Translations under genes and position numbers: made by a program | Origin: an uncultured Actinomycetota bacterium | GTDB lineage: Bacteria; Actinomycetota; Actinomycetes; Propionibacteriales; Nocardioidaceae | Length of the DNA: 64,000 nucleotides | NCBI GenBank assembly: GCA_963845655.1 | Contig: CAWJTB010000002.1 | Span: 498,970-562,969 of the forward strand | Direction: 5' to 3' | In this document: positions 62,156 to 64,000 of the stretch, one piece after another | Layout of the letters: every line of letters starts with the position of its first letter | Position numbering within the stretch: the stretch's first letter is position 1 | The notes under the pieces: generated by a model | Databases searched by the model: none | The model's input: only the letters and a program-made list of their open reading frames with translations | Told to the model about the DNA's origin: nothing

Positions 62156-62489
62156 GAATAATATGCCCTTCTATTTCCCAGGAAATCCCCTAATCTCGGG
62201 GAGCCGGGCCGTATTCGACCCGACTGGCAGGGTATTCACCCCGATAAACAAAAAGCAAATGAGCCTTCACCGATATCCCGCGACAATTTCCGGGACGGGC
62301 CGCCTCATTCCAGCCAACGCGCCGACTGGGCAAGCCCTGCACGGGATGCTGTGCGGTCGGAGGGACCCGGGAGAACCCCGTCGTGAGCGGATCCGCGGCC
62401 CGCATGAATACCGATGCGTGGCGTCGCAGAATTTTCGAACGCTCGCGGAACGAGGATTCCCCGGTCTCCTTTTCGCGGGGAGGCGGCGG

Positions 62490-63987
62490 CTACTCGGGGC
62501 GCAGCAGCGGGAACAGGATCGTCTCGCGCACCGAGGCGCCCGGTCAGCATGCCGAGCATCCGGTCGACGCCCAGCCCGATGCCACCGGCGGGCGGCATGC
62601 CGTACTCCATCGCCTTGAGGAAGACCTCGTCGAGGTCCATCGCCTCCGGGTCGCCGCCGGCAGCCAGCCGGGACTGCGCCTCGAGCCGCTCGCGCTGGAT
62701 CACCGGGTCGTTGAGCTCGGAGTAGGCCGCGCCCATCTCGACGCCGTTGATGATCAGGTCCCACGCCTCGTTGAGACCGGGCGTCGAGCGGTGCGGCTTG
62801 GCCAGCGGCTTCACCGCCTCGGGGTAGTCCATGACGAAGGTCGGCTGGATCAGGGTGTCCTCGACGAGCTGCTCGAACAGCTCGACCACGATCTCGGCCG
62901 CACCCCACTGCTCCTGCAGCTCGACGTCGTGCGTCTCGGCCAGGTCCCGGAGCGTCTGCGCCGACGTGGTGACGTCCACGGTCGTGCCGACGGCCTCCGA
63001 GACCAGCTCGAAGATCGGCGCCTCGCGCCACTCGCCCGTCAGGTCGATGACGCTGCCGTCACGTCCCACGACCTCGGGGCTGCCGATCGCGGCGTGGGCG
63101 CCGCGGATCAGGTCCTTGGCCAAGGTGATCATCGTGTGCTGGTCGCCGTAGGCCTCGTAGGCCTCGAGCATCGAGAACTCCGCCGCGTGCGTCGCGTCGA
63201 GGCCCTCGTTGCGGAAGGTGCGGCCGATCTCGTAGACCCGGTCGACGCCGCCGATCATTGCGCGCTTGAGGTCGAGCTCGAGCGCGATGCGGAGCAGCAT
63301 CTCCTGGTCCAGGGCGTTGAGGTGCGTCCGGAACGGGCGGGCGGCGGCCCCGCCGTTGGTGAGCTGCAGGATCGGCGTCTCGACCTCGACGAACGCGCGC
63401 TCGTCGAGCGTGGCGCGCAGGCTCCGGAGGAGGGCGGCCTTCTTGCGGACCATGTCGCGCGGCTCGGGTCGCACCATCATGTCGACGTAGCGCAGCCGCA
63501 CCCGCGCCTCGTCGGAGAGCGGCTTGTGCTCGTTGGGCAGCGGCCGCAGGGTCTTCGCCGCGACCGTCCACCCGCTCGCCTGCACCGACAGCTCGCCGCG
63601 ACGGCTGGTGATGACCTCGCCGCGCACCGCGAGCAGGTCTCCCAGGTCGACGAGCGACTTGAACTGTGCGAGCGACTCCTCGCCCAGATCCCCCAGCGAG
63701 AGCATCACCTGCAGCTCGGTGCCGTCACCCTCGCGCAGCCGGACGAAGCAGAGCTTGCCGGTGTTGCGCAGGAACATCACGCGCCCGGTGACCGCGACGT
63801 CGTCACCGGTGCGGGTGTCCGGCTCGAGCCCACGCCCGTCGTACGCCGCGCGGATCTGGGACAGCGTGTGGGTGCGGTCCACGACGACGGGGTACGGCGC
63901 CGGGCCGGCCTCGACGAGCCGTTCGCGCTTCTCGCGACGGACCCGCATCTGCTCCGGGAGATCGTCGACGGGTGGCTGCTCGCTCAT
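62490..63987 (-). CDS. lysS: Lysine-tRNA ligase (frameshift near 62535-62540)
   Basis: OB fold, EVETP, GGAAARPF, RVYEIGRTFRNEG, YSELNDP and YGMPPAGGIGLGVDR; the end VRETILFPLLRPE* is in a shifted frame. Confidence 0.95.
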
Positions 63988-64000
63988 GGACGTCAAGCCT

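Overview
A high-GC actinobacterial core-chromosome segment; gene content and order suggest Nocardioidaceae, which is an inference. In order it holds: nuoF(partial)-E-D-C-B-A and menJ; menaquinone genes (menG, menF, menD, menC, menE, menA) interspersed with an MBL hydrolase and a Na+/H+ antiporter carrying a UBP zinc finger; a cysteine synthase-family gene; a system II cytochrome c maturation operon with hemL; a lytic transglycosylase; rex-hemACDB; a BldN-like ECF sigma factor with an RsbN-like anti-sigma; bS22, a CAP-domain gene, acuC, mmsA, proC and proline dehydrogenase; an ABC/TetR module; ppx; radA-disA; mutY; a TetR/SMR pair; clpC, lsr2 and lysS. I found no rRNA, tRNA, CRISPR array, transposase or phage genes. 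About 11 genes carry small frameshifts, including nuoD, clpC and lysS, most likely from sequencing or assembly errors. The most interesting signals are non-coding: (i) exact sigma-BldN-type promoters upstream of the lytic transglycosylase and the anti-sigma gene; (ii) two unrelated families of mirror-image tandem repeat arrays, each with dispersed copies, one of which reaches into menE/menC coding sequence; (iii) a long, structured and possibly switchable 5' leader before the CAP-domain gene; (iv) readable Rex, ClgR, SigR/SigH, TetR and LacI sites, plus widespread leaderless gene starts.
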